27,116 nt of DNA from Verrucomicrobiota bacterium (GCA_026225155.1 JAMFSG010000078.1:1-27116); one strand, 5' to 3'; counted from the first letter of the stretch, positions 10,501 through 18,035 are shown. Program-made: numbers and translations. Notes: generated by a model not told the origin, from the sequence alone.

Positions 10501-11060
10501 TGCTCTTAGCCTTGTCCGATTCCGGTCATAACGAAACGGCGGCGGAAATGGTGGATCAACGCAGTGAACCTTCCTGGGGTTACATGGCCAACGATAACAC
10601 GACCATGTGGGAATCGTTCGACGCCGACGCGCGAAAATTATCACTGAATCATTGGACGCACAGCGCGGTCAGCGAATGGCTCTGGCGTAACGTCGCAGGA
10701 CTGAATCCTGATGAAGCTCATCCCGGTTATCAGTCATTCACCATTCACCCGCGTCCGACCAAGGAAGTGACTTGGTGCCGCGCCAGCTATGATTCTATCC
10801 GCGGTAAAATTGTCAGCGATTGGAAGTGTGAGGGCGATAAATTTACGCTGAAGGTGACTGTGCCCGCGAATACCACGGCTACGGTATTTGTTCCCGCCGC
10901 TCGTCCTGAAGTAGTGACGGAATCCGGTCAGGTCGCATCCCAGTCCGCTGGCGTAACTTTATGGCGCAGTGAGCCAGGGGCCGCTGTTTATCAAGTTGAG
11001 TCAGGCGTTTATCAGTTCAATTCCCTGATGCGTTTATCGCCGAGCGATCGCGGAAATTAG
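7518..11060 (+). CDS. Secreted GH78 alpha-L-rhamnosidase with two inserted accessory domains
   Basis: N-terminal Fn3-like QLRCEGLAAPVGID/QTAYQI, PLLRREF, VFDFGQ, FTYHGFRYVE, RGERLAWLGD, WGDWL, DTQGSYALAL, TTMWE, SLNH and YDSIRG. Confidence 0.9.
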   Translation: MKIIMMYWLMLCLVTAKAAALISVGQLRCEGLAAPVGIDIIQPQFSWILTSDQRGEKQTAYQIIVASSLAGLNADNGDLWDSGKVLSDETAHLAYQGKTLASRQTCFWKIKSWNRDGQPSAWSEPASWSMGLLQPTDWAAQWISDPILANPTNRPLTPINCYRSELAARPDVTKWIVLDLGSSKRMDALDLMPARPPGQNSDFYTVMFPLRFKVETADNRDFTNAQRVVDNTDKDFPSPRNNSCRFQFPAVTARYVRLTVTRLNCWDGQDYGVALGGLAIFDGSQSIAVGAGVECSDSIESERWSKKFLVDGKPSVALVDSPALDVGMADTTKKFTVSRVPLLRREFNLAGKVRRATLSISARGFYEVHINGQRVGDEWLTPGFTDYGARLQYETYDVTRLLQPGTNAIGALLGYGWYAGHMNLFEMRCIYGYFPQLFAQLEVELMDGSHVTQSTDDKWRSTLDGPVRWSDLLDGEGYDCRKEMSGWDQPGFDDHTWQPAWTQPRNEVPLVWDRCQPVRVIREFKPVTVKEVKPGVYVFDFGQEITGWCRLKLAGPTGTHVRLHYTEMISPDGNIDDTSLMGTLQEDDYISDGQGERTLEPHFTYHGFRYVELSGLPSRLQPDTLIAVNVRTDAAVAGHFECSNELYNHIQKAATWTQANLLFDVPAGCAARGERLAWLGDIRPCVQSLLLNYDTAPLLTKYVNDIRDDQTADGRFTDIAPHAHLTGTTVCVGSPGWADAGVSLPWELYVNTCDRRLLAEHFAAAQRWVEVIHASNPDLLWRNNRGQNWGDWLSAGPETPRELGATAFFAHSTDQLARMAQALGRQDDAEKYQTLFQAIRRAFVKKYVSPSGVIGGNSPGNPILRDVTSLVRSLIKNGKLNFTVINDVLGGDPALNKVKKLHLVIRHGNESEDSAFVEGSKVEIGSQSGQPLEIVSATYGYDALDLGDTQGSYALALRFGLLDEPLRSQAAQRLNELVIKNKFHPTTGFWSSIEMLLALSDSGHNETAAEMVDQRSEPSWGYMANDNTTMWESFDADARKLSLNHWTHSAVSEWLWRNVAGLNPDEAHPGYQSFTIHPRPTKEVTWCRASYDSIRGKIVSDWKCEGDKFTLKVTVPANTTATVFVPAARPEVVTESGQVASQSAGVTLWRSEPGAAVYQVESGVYQFNSLMRLSPSDRGN

Positions 11061-11085
11061 CCCGGCACACCATGCCGGGTATTTC
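11061..11085 (+). terminator. Putative intrinsic terminator after GH78
   Basis: CCCGGCA-CACCA-TGCCGGG 7-bp stem directly after the stop, followed by only a weak U tract (TATTTC). Confidence 0.4.
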
Positions 11086-11100
11086 ATCCGAGATAAAATC

Positions 11101-11168
11101 CATCCCGACGGGACGGCGGAAATAATCACGATTTGATTTAGATATATTTCCATCGTCCCTCCGGGACG
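11101..11168. repeat. REP-like inverted doublet (GTCCC/CGGGAC family)
   Basis: CATCCCGACGGGACGGCGGAAATA (11101-11124) is inverted to TATTTCCATCGTCCCTCCGGGACG (11145-11168). Confidence 0.65.
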
Positions 11169-11235
11169 TTTTTGTTTTCATGATCAACTTGGCACGATGT
11201 GCCGAGCTAATTTCCAATGCCACTCCGTGGCAAAA

Positions 11236-12057
11236 TCATGGCGCGAGCTTTTCGCGGTGGGGCAGGTGATCGCGGTTCCAGCTGCTTAAGGCGTCATCGC
11301 TGGTGTCGGCGAAAAGAAATTTTAACGTTGGTGATTCAACGTGGCCATCGCAGAAAACGATATTGGCATGGCCTTGATGACGGGCGTAACTCCTTTTCGT
11401 GCTTTCTTGATCAGAAAATCCAAGGCCGTGCGATGAAACCCATTCGTCGCTTGCGCGTCCCAAAATATTCACGCCATCTACAACGACACTAGAACTGCCC
11501 AAAAAAGCATCGCCAATGGCAAACATTTCACTTGGATTAACGACTTCTGATTCATTCACGCGAGCCGTTTGTGCGGACGGTGTATTTGGTAAATGCGGCA
11601 ACCAATGGTGGGAAAGCCCAAGGGAATTGTTGGTGGAAATCCAAGGGCCAAGACCATTGGCATTGTAACCATAATCATCATAACCTGCCTCTGGATGTAA
11701 ATTCCAAATTGCATTTGATGGTCGAGCCGCCGCCGGACAATGCCAAACGCCTTTTGGGAAATAGCCAGTGTTGGAATGAATGCCCATTTCGTATCCCAAG
11801 GCATTTTTCCAATAACGATTTTCGGAATGATCACTTGGGTCAAGGAACGGCGGGTAAGCATTCAAGTCCGTCCTAAATTCCTGCAAAGCAATTCCGAGTT
11901 CCCGCACATTATTCGAGCATTGAATTCGCACCGCTTTTCCTTTGGCCTGAGAAATTGCCGCCAATAAAAGTGCTGCCAGAATTCCGATAACTCCTAAAAC
12001 GACCAAGAGTTCAGTCAGCGAAAAGGCCGACTGAACTCTTGGCGATGAAACCTTCAC
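11236..12057 (-). CDS. Prepilin-type N-terminal cleavage/methylation protein with H-X9-DG motif (DUF1559-like)
   Basis: QSA|FSLTELLVVLGVIGILAALLL, QCSNNVRELG, YGYN and C-terminal RHQGHANIVFCDGHV. Confidence 0.88.
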   Translation of the reverse strand: MKVSSPRVQSAFSLTELLVVLGVIGILAALLLAAISQAKGKAVRIQCSNNVRELGIALQEFRTDLNAYPPFLDPSDHSENRYWKNALGYEMGIHSNTGYFPKGVWHCPAAARPSNAIWNLHPEAGYDDYGYNANGLGPWISTNNSLGLSHHWLPHLPNTPSAQTARVNESEVVNPSEMFAIGDAFLGSSSVVVDGVNILGRASDEWVSSHGLGFSDQESTKRSYARHQGHANIVFCDGHVESPTLKFLFADTSDDALSSWNRDHLPHREKLAP

Positions 12058-12064
12058 GTTACGC

Positions 12065-14044
12065 TTACGCGCCGGCGAGTTGCTTTTTCGTCAAAGCGGG
12101 TTCCGCAAATTGCGCCTTCACCTTGGCGATGGTGTTCTCGACGGACAGACCATATTTCGCGCGGAGTTCGTCCTGCGTGGTCGCGTGTTCGATGAATTGA
12201 TCCGGCCAGCCGATGCGCACGACGGGTGTGCTGACATGTTTTTCACTCAACAATTCCAGCACGGCAGAACCGTAGCCGCCCATAATGACGTGATCTTCAA
12301 GCGTTACGATGAGATCGGCTTCCTGACCGTAGGTTTCATGCGTCACGGCGTCGAGAGGCTTGGTGAAGCGCGGGTTGATGACGGCAACGTCGTAGCCTTC
12401 GGTGGTCAATTGTTGCGCGGCTTTGCGGGCGATGGTGTTCATCGGTCCGAGGCCGAACAGCGCGACTTTCTTTTTGCCGTTGTTCGTGAATTTCTGGACG
12501 ACCTGCGCCTTGCCAACTTCGAGCAATTCCGGTTCCGGTTTCATCGGCACGCCTTCCGCCGTGCCGCGCGGATAGCGGATGAACGTGGGATGGTTCACGG
12601 TCGAGGCCGTGTAAAGCATGTCCGCGAGTTCGTCTTCGTTCGCCGGCGCCATCGCGACGACGTTCGGGAAACAGCGCAGATAGGAAATATCAAACAGGCC
12701 GTGATGCGTCGGGCCGTCGTTCGCAGAAAGACCGGCGCGATCCATGACGAAAATCACCGGCAAATCCTGCAGGCAAACGTCGTGATGGATGCAATCGTAA
12801 GCGCGTTGCAAGAACGTCGAGTAAATCGCCACGACCGGGCGATAACCCATCGTCGCCATGCCGGCGGCAAAAATCACGCCGTGTTCCTCGGCAATGCCGA
12901 CATCGAAATAACGTTCCGGCATCGCTTTTTCCAAATGCTTCATGCCCGTGCCGGTCGGCATCGCAGCGGTGAGGCCGACGACGTTTTTGTCGTTCTGGCA
13001 GAGCTTGATCATCGTCTGGCCCATCACGTCCTGATACATCGGCGGCGTGCCGGGTTTGCTTGCGGGCGTTTCGCCGGTCTTGGCGTCGTAAGAACCGAGG
13101 CCGTGGAATTTTTCCGGAAATTTCAGCGCGGCATCAAAGCCTTTGCCCTTCTGTGTCAAAACGTGGATGACGATCGGATGATCGCATGTCTTGGCGAATT
13201 CCAAAGTGCTGATGAGCAACGGCAGATTGTGTCCGTCAATCGGGCCGAGATAACGCATACCGAATTCCTCGAACAAAACCGGATTGCCAAAACCACCGCG
13301 ACCGTCCGTGAGCGCGCCGTCGTTTTGGTGCAGGCCAACGCTCAGCGCGCCTTTGAAACCTTCTTCGGCTTTGTGCGCGAGGCGCAACGCGAGTTCACCT
13401 TTCGGCAGACGCTTGACGAAATTTTCAAAATCCTTCGCGAGCTTGTTGTAACTCGGATTGGTGATGAGCTTGTTGAGATAACCGGAGATCGCGCCGACGT
13501 TTTTGGCGATGCTCCATTCGTTGTCGTTGAGGATGCCGATGAATTTTTTCGTCGTGTGATTGATGTTGTTCATCGCCTCGAACGAAATGCCGTTCGTCAA
13601 CGCCGCGTCGCCGAAAATGCAGACGATGTTTTCATCCGTGCCGCGTTTGTCGCGCGCAGCCGCCATGCCGAGCGCAGCCGAAAGTGCCGTGCCTGCGTGA
13701 CCGGCACCGAAGCAATCGTGTTCGCTTTCCGTGCGCAACGCGAAACCGTTCAAGCCGTCCGTCTGGCGGATCGTGCGGAAACGATTTTTGCGGCCGGTCA
13801 AAAGTTTGTGGACATAAACCTGATGGCTCACGTCCCAGACGAATTTGTCCTTGGGCGTGGAAAAAACCTTGTGCAACGCGATGGTCAGTTCAACGACGCC
13901 GAGATTCGGGCCGAGGTGGCCGCCGCCTTTGGCGAGGCCATCAATCAGCTCGGTGCGGATTTCGCCGGCGAGTTCCTGCAATTGTGGGATCGTGAGTTTT
14001 TTGACGTGCTCGGGCGCGTCAACCATGTCGAGATAACTGCTCAT
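12065..14044 (-). CDS. dxs: 1-deoxy-D-xylulose-5-phosphate synthase
   Basis: GGHLGPNLGVVEL, WDVSHQ, GHAGT, TPP motif GDAA..NDN, DVGIAEEH, FLQRAYD and DGPTHHG. Confidence 0.97.
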   Translation of the reverse strand: MSSYLDMVDAPEHVKKLTIPQLQELAGEIRTELIDGLAKGGGHLGPNLGVVELTIALHKVFSTPKDKFVWDVSHQVYVHKLLTGRKNRFRTIRQTDGLNGFALRTESEHDCFGAGHAGTALSAALGMAAARDKRGTDENIVCIFGDAALTNGISFEAMNNINHTTKKFIGILNDNEWSIAKNVGAISGYLNKLITNPSYNKLAKDFENFVKRLPKGELALRLAHKAEEGFKGALSVGLHQNDGALTDGRGGFGNPVLFEEFGMRYLGPIDGHNLPLLISTLEFAKTCDHPIVIHVLTQKGKGFDAALKFPEKFHGLGSYDAKTGETPASKPGTPPMYQDVMGQTMIKLCQNDKNVVGLTAAMPTGTGMKHLEKAMPERYFDVGIAEEHGVIFAAGMATMGYRPVVAIYSTFLQRAYDCIHHDVCLQDLPVIFVMDRAGLSANDGPTHHGLFDISYLRCFPNVVAMAPANEDELADMLYTASTVNHPTFIRYPRGTAEGVPMKPEPELLEVGKAQVVQKFTNNGKKKVALFGLGPMNTIARKAAQQLTTEGYDVAVINPRFTKPLDAVTHETYGQEADLIVTLEDHVIMGGYGSAVLELLSEKHVSTPVVRIGWPDQFIEHATTQDELRAKYGLSVENTIAKVKAQFAEPALTKKQLAGA

Positions 14045-14057
14045 AAATTCGTTAATT

Positions 14058-14137
14058 GTTACATCGTTGAATGGTTAAATCGTGAATCGTCGCGCCGGAT
14101 TTTTCCGAGGCAACGATTCAACGGTTCACGATTCAAC
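14058..14137. repeat. Palindrome with tandem 7/8-mer arms (GTTGAATC family)
   Basis: Left arm gttacatc-gttgaatg-gttaaatc-gtgaatc-gt and right arm acgattca-acggttc-acgattcaac. The right arm overlaps the xseB stop codon. Confidence 0.7.
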
Positions 14138-14398
14138 GTCTTCATCAAACGGCTTCAACTTCATTTCGCCCGCCGCATTTTTTTCGAGCTGCTGGATTTT
14201 CAATTCCGCCTCGGCCAGTTTTTCCTGGCAAACCTTCTCCAATTTCGCGCCTTCCTCATATTTTGCCAGCAAATTCTCGAGCGGCAAATCGTCGGCTTCC
14301 ATCGCCTCGACAATGCCCTCGAGCTTTTGCAACGCCTCTTCAAACGGCGGGCTTTTCGCGGGACTGTTTTGTCCGGCGCCTTTGGTGTGGTTCGGCAC
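14126..14398 (-). CDS. xseB: Exodeoxyribonuclease VII small subunit
   Basis: FEEALQKLEGIVEAME..LPLE....YEEG..L...C...L..AE..I pattern, downstream of xseA. Confidence 0.93.
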   Translation of the reverse strand: MPNHTKGAGQNSPAKSPPFEEALQKLEGIVEAMEADDLPLENLLAKYEEGAKLEKVCQEKLAEAELKIQQLEKNAAGEMKLKPFDEDVES

Positions 14399-14480
14399 GA
14401 CTGAAATATAGGGAAAACCCGCGCGCTCGTCCAGTTCACATTGATGTCACAACCAGCTGTGGCTCAATCTGGCCAAAACT

Positions 14481-14506
14481 GGTGGGGCGAGCGTCCTCGC
14501 AAGCCG
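14481..14506 (+). repeat. Single GTGG-type REP-like hairpin
   Basis: GGTGGGGCGAGCGTCCTCGCAAGCCG, a tetranucleotide followed by an imperfect palindrome. Confidence 0.35.
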
Positions 14507-14565
14507 GAACGCCAAAATTTCAAATCGGGTTTTCAATTTTTTCGCATCGGACCTCATAAAAAAAA

Positions 14566-15927
14566 TCATTCTTCCGCGCGACTGGAAATTTCACCTTTCG
14601 CCAAACGCGTTTTCAATTTTTGTCCCGCTTTGACTTTTGCCGCGTCGCGCAAAACTTTTCCACTCGCCGCGTCCATTGTGATCGAATAACCGCGCGCCAA
14701 AACTTGTTCCGGCCCGAGCGAATTCAATCGGCGTTCCAATTGCCGCAACGCTTCGCGCCGCAATTTGATTTGTTGTGAGGGTTTCGCGCGTAAAAATCTT
14801 CCTGCGACATTTGCTAAAACCAGATTGCGCGAACGCGCGGCTGTTTTTAATCCGCGCAACAAGCCGGATTGCAAATCATCCAGCCGCTGCAATGATTCGT
14901 CCAATCGCCGGCGCGGATGCAATCGCGTCAGTCGCGCCGCCAGCGAATCAAAATTTTCCGTCGCGGAATCCAATCCGCGCCGCGCCGCTCGCCGTAAAAG
15001 GTTTGGTGCTTCGCTGACAAATTCACGGCTCGCAAAAACATCTTCCGTGATGATTTCCGCCGCCGCGCTTGGCGTCGCTGCGCGCACATCCGCCACAAAA
15101 TCGGCAATGGTGAAATCAATTTCATGCCCGACCGCCGACACGACCGGAACCGCCGATTCAAAAATCGCGCGCGCCACGGCTTCTTCATTGAACGCCCACA
15201 AATCTTCCAGCGACCCGCCGCCGCGCGTGATGAGAATTAAGTCGAGATGCGTTGAATCGTTGAATCGTTGAATCGTTGAATCGTCTGCGACTTTCGCGCT
15301 TAAACGATTTCACGTTTTGATCGCTTCGGCAATTTCTTCCGCCGCGCCCGCGCCTTGCACGCGCGCGGGAACCAAAAAGATTTCCAACGCCGGATTGCGC
15401 CGCTGAATAACGTGCAGCACGTCGCAGATCGCGGCACCGGTCGGCGAAGTGATCAAACCGATGCGCGCGGGAAATTTTGGCAATGCACGTTTCCGTTCCG
15501 GCGCGAACAGTCCTTCCGCCGCGAGCTTTTGTTTCAGTTTTTCAAACGCAATCTGCAATGCGCCGACGCCTTGAAATTCCACCGCGCGGACGATGAGTTG
15601 ATATTGCCCGCGTGCTTCATAAACCGTTACGTCGCCTTGAAGCAGGACTTTTTTTCCATCCGCGAGCAGTTCGCGCTGCGAAACTTTTTCGCGACTGAAC
15701 AGGACGCAGCTCAACTGCGCGCCTGCATCTTTGAGCGTGAAATAAATGTGGCCGGAACTTTGCGCGCGCAAATTCGTGATCTCGCCGCTGACCCAAATCG
15801 TGCCGAATTGTTTTTCCAGCAACGCGCGCACTTGCGTCGTCAGTTCCGAGACCGACAAAACTTTCCGCGTTTCCGCGACGGAAAACAGTTCGCCAAAATC
15901 CCACTGCGATTTACCCGGTTTGCTCAT
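14566..15927 (-). pseudogene. xseA: Exodeoxyribonuclease VII large subunit; one continuous frame interrupted by a single in-frame TGA (15310-15312)
   Basis: The N-part has VSGEITN, SGHIYFTLKD and ITSPTGAAICD. Manual translation across the ORF gap gives [47 protein letters not shown], in frame with the C-part ([35 protein letters not shown]). Gene identity is firm; whether the stop is real is uncertain. Confidence 0.85.
15251..15284. repeat. Tandem repeat (GTTGAATC)x4 inside xseA
   Basis: Four exact 8-bp units at 15251-15282 plus GT. Confidence 0.95.
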
Positions 15928-15936
15928 CGGTTTTAT

Positions 15937-16089
15937 TTAGCCACAGATGAAACACAGATTTTGAAATGAGTTTTCAAAAAGAATCGCGCGAAGGACGCGA
16001 AGTTTGCGAAGAAGATTTTTCCTTCGCCATCTTCGTGTTCTTCGCGCGACATTTTATCCGTGTTCATTTCGTGTTTCATCCGTGGCTAA
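15937..16089. repeat. Nested palindromic element with ~9-bp periodic arms
   Basis: Outer arms ttagccacagatgaaacacagat (15937-15959) and atccgtgttcatttcgtgtttcatccgtggctaa (16056-16089). Inner arms tcgcgcgaaggacgcgaagtttgcgaag (15984-16011) and cttcgccatcttcgtgttcttcgcgcga (16022-16049). Confidence 0.85.
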
Positions 16090-16859
16090 AAATGCAATGC
16101 TTTGTTCATCGCGGCGACGAGTGCGTTCACGCGTGTTTTCAAGGGAAAATCCGACGGCGCTTCGAGCGTGTAACTGTGGCGCGTTTTATTTTGGATCAAC
16201 CAAAACGCTTCTGGCCAGAGCGGGCGCGTGGCGGGATCGAGGCTTGGATTGATGAGGCCGCGGTCGGCGTCGCGGTCTTCGATGACGGGCGACAGATCAA
16301 TCGGGCAAACCTGCGCCACGGCGTCGAGCATCGCGCGCGCGGGTGACGGTTGTTGGTCGGGATTCAGTTCGTAAAGATAAAATCCGTGCGACTCCCAATC
16401 TTCGTGCAGGCAAAACGTGGTGTCAAAATTCGGCTGCCGTTCGAGCCAGCGGATGTGCGCGGCGACTTCGCTCGATTCCGTGTTGCGATAATCGCGGTTC
16501 AAATCCTTGCCATCGGCGTTCTCGCGTTGGTTGCGCGTGAAGCCGACCGGATTCAAACAGGGCAGCAGAAAAATTTCCGCATTTTCCGGCCAGCGATTTT
16601 CGCGAATCAATTCCAGAACTGCGAGCGGTCCGGCCGGTTCGTCGCCGTGAATGCCGGTGGAAATGTAAAGGCGTTTTGCGTCCGGCGTTTGAGAAAAAGC
16701 CGCGCGATGTAATGCGATCAACGGCAAGCCTCCGACCTCGTGGAAAATTTCCGAAGTCCAGCCGCGCGTTCCCGCCGCGACATCTATTTCACGCAGCACG
16801 GCGCGGATGTCAATCGTCTCACCGAAATAGCGGCCCAGATTTTTTCCCAGTTTTTGCAC
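16086..16859 (-). CDS. M14-family zinc metallopeptidase (succinylglutamate desuccinylase/aspartoacylase or MpaA-like)
   Basis: GIHGDEPAG (HxxE), NPVG..RNQREN..DLNRD and LHED. The GTG at 16859 is the likely start; the ORF track gives 16874. Confidence 0.8.
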   Translation of the reverse strand: MQKLGKNLGRYFGETIDIRAVLREIDVAAGTRGWTSEIFHEVGGLPLIALHRAAFSQTPDAKRLYISTGIHGDEPAGPLAVLELIRENRWPENAEIFLLPCLNPVGFTRNQRENADGKDLNRDYRNTESSEVAAHIRWLERQPNFDTTFCLHEDWESHGFYLYELNPDQQPSPARAMLDAVAQVCPIDLSPVIEDRDADRGLINPSLDPATRPLWPEAFWLIQNKTRHSYTLEAPSDFPLKTRVNALVAAMNKALHF

Positions 16860-16935
16860 CCGCAAAAGGTTCACGCAAAGGCGCCAAGACGCAAAGAAAT
16901 TTTTGCCGCAAATTACACGAATCTAATTTTTCAGA

Positions 16936-17130
16936 AGCCCGTAGGGCTGGCATCTTTGTAGTTGGAAAATTAAAAGCGGCCAAAGCTCCGTAGGAGCGAA
17001 ATCTTGTAGCGTCGGTCTGTGACCGACGACGGCGCTGACACAGCGCGGCTACAACCGATGATGCCGCCCCGACGGGGCCGGGGAATTTTTGGTTTGGGTT
17101 TCTACAAAGATGTCGCGCCTACGGCGCTAG
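16936..17130. repeat. Nested REP cluster (GTAG doublet inside a larger inverted repeat)
   Basis: Outer gtagggctggcatctttgtag (16941-16961) pairs with ctacaaagatgtcgcgcctac (17102-17122). Inner GTAG...CTAC doublet at 17004-17054. Confidence 0.8.
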
Positions 17131-17156
17131 GAAAATAATCAACAAGGTGAATTATT

Positions 17157-18035
17157 TCATCGTCCCCAATTCTTTTCCAAAGGCCAGCCGTAGAAATTTG
17201 TAATTTGTTTGTAGCAGCGAATCACAGACGTTTCCACATCGTCCATTGCACGTTTCAGTTCGTTATCCGTAAACGTCGTATCCATTTCTGCCCGGTGAAT
17301 GAAATCGTGGCGAAGTTTGACAAGGTGGTCGAGTGTGATGAAGAGCGATTGTTTGCGCCGCCGATAAGGTCTTTTCAATGCGCCCGCCAAATCAAGCTTG
17401 GGTTCAAGCTGATGAAAGTGCTGGCAAATTGCCGATATGCTTTGAAACGGGAGCATCTCTGATACGGCCTCCTCAACAGACATTGAGCCAGATGAAATTC
17501 TGCAAAGCTGTTCAGATGATAATCTGCTTCCTTTAAGAAAAGATTCCTTTCGGTCGGAATACTTGAGCAACGCAACAAAAGTTGATTTGAAATAATCCTC
17601 CAGCACCGCGACGAGGTAAGGCAACAGGAGATTGTTCGACAGCAGACGTGGGTTCATGGCGTCCATGAAGCCAAAGACGCCAGTTTTTTCCCACTGCTTA
17701 TTTGGAAAGACGCGATTCATCAAATAAACATCGGCCTTAATTAAATTACCGCCAAAATGCTGAAATGCTTTGTGACATCCAGATTGCGAGGGCGACGGCG
17801 CGCTCCCGTCGGGATGGAAATAACGTCCCTTTCCTTCATCGGTAACAAACGAGCCTCCAAAAAACTTTTGCAATGTTCGGATTGTATTGTTTTGGTGCTG
17901 CAAATCGTAGTGGCTTCGGGAAATGTTTGTGCGAGTAGAAACAACTAACTCGCCAGTTTTATTTCGCGACACAGACAATTCAACGCCGCTCCAAGATTGG
18001 TAATTTGAATCGTTGTAATGGTGGAAACAAGCCAA
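17157..18035 (-). CDS. Hypothetical protein with C-terminal HEPN-like R-x4-H motif
   Basis: Long ORF, visibly more AT-rich than its neighbours. It has a helical VAVLEDYFK segment and LVKLRHDFIHR (17295-17312). The true start may be the GTG at 18155 (see findings). Confidence 0.6.
   Translation of the reverse strand: MACFHHYNDSNYQSWSGVELSVSRNKTGELVVSTRTNISRSHYDLQHQNNTIRTLQKFFGGSFVTDEGKGRYFHPDGSAPSPSQSGCHKAFQHFGGNLIKADVYLMNRVFPNKQWEKTGVFGFMDAMNPRLLSNNLLLPYLVAVLEDYFKSTFVALLKYSDRKESFLKGSRLSSEQLCRISSGSMSVEEAVSEMLPFQSISAICQHFHQLEPKLDLAGALKRPYRRRKQSLFITLDHLVKLRHDFIHRAEMDTTFTDNELKRAMDDVETSVIRCYKQITNFYGWPLEKNWGR

Noticed and set aside
12080-14404. 774-aa plus-strand ORF
   Set aside because: It is antisense to dxs and xseB and has no recognisable motifs. 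This is a typical shadow ORF from codon bias in GC-rich genes. The same applies to 2655-3524, 21772-22644 and the other overlapping ORFs.
15310-15312. Selenocysteine recoding (SECIS) of the xseA TGA
   Set aside because: The position corresponds to a hydrophobic helix residue rather than a catalytic Cys, and XseA is not a known selenoprotein. The apical loop is only 14 nt from the UGA. The hairpin is explained by the GTTGAATC repeat family.
15251-16089. CRISPR array
   Set aside because: The repeats are 8-9 bp tandem or inverted units with no unique spacers, and there are no cas genes.
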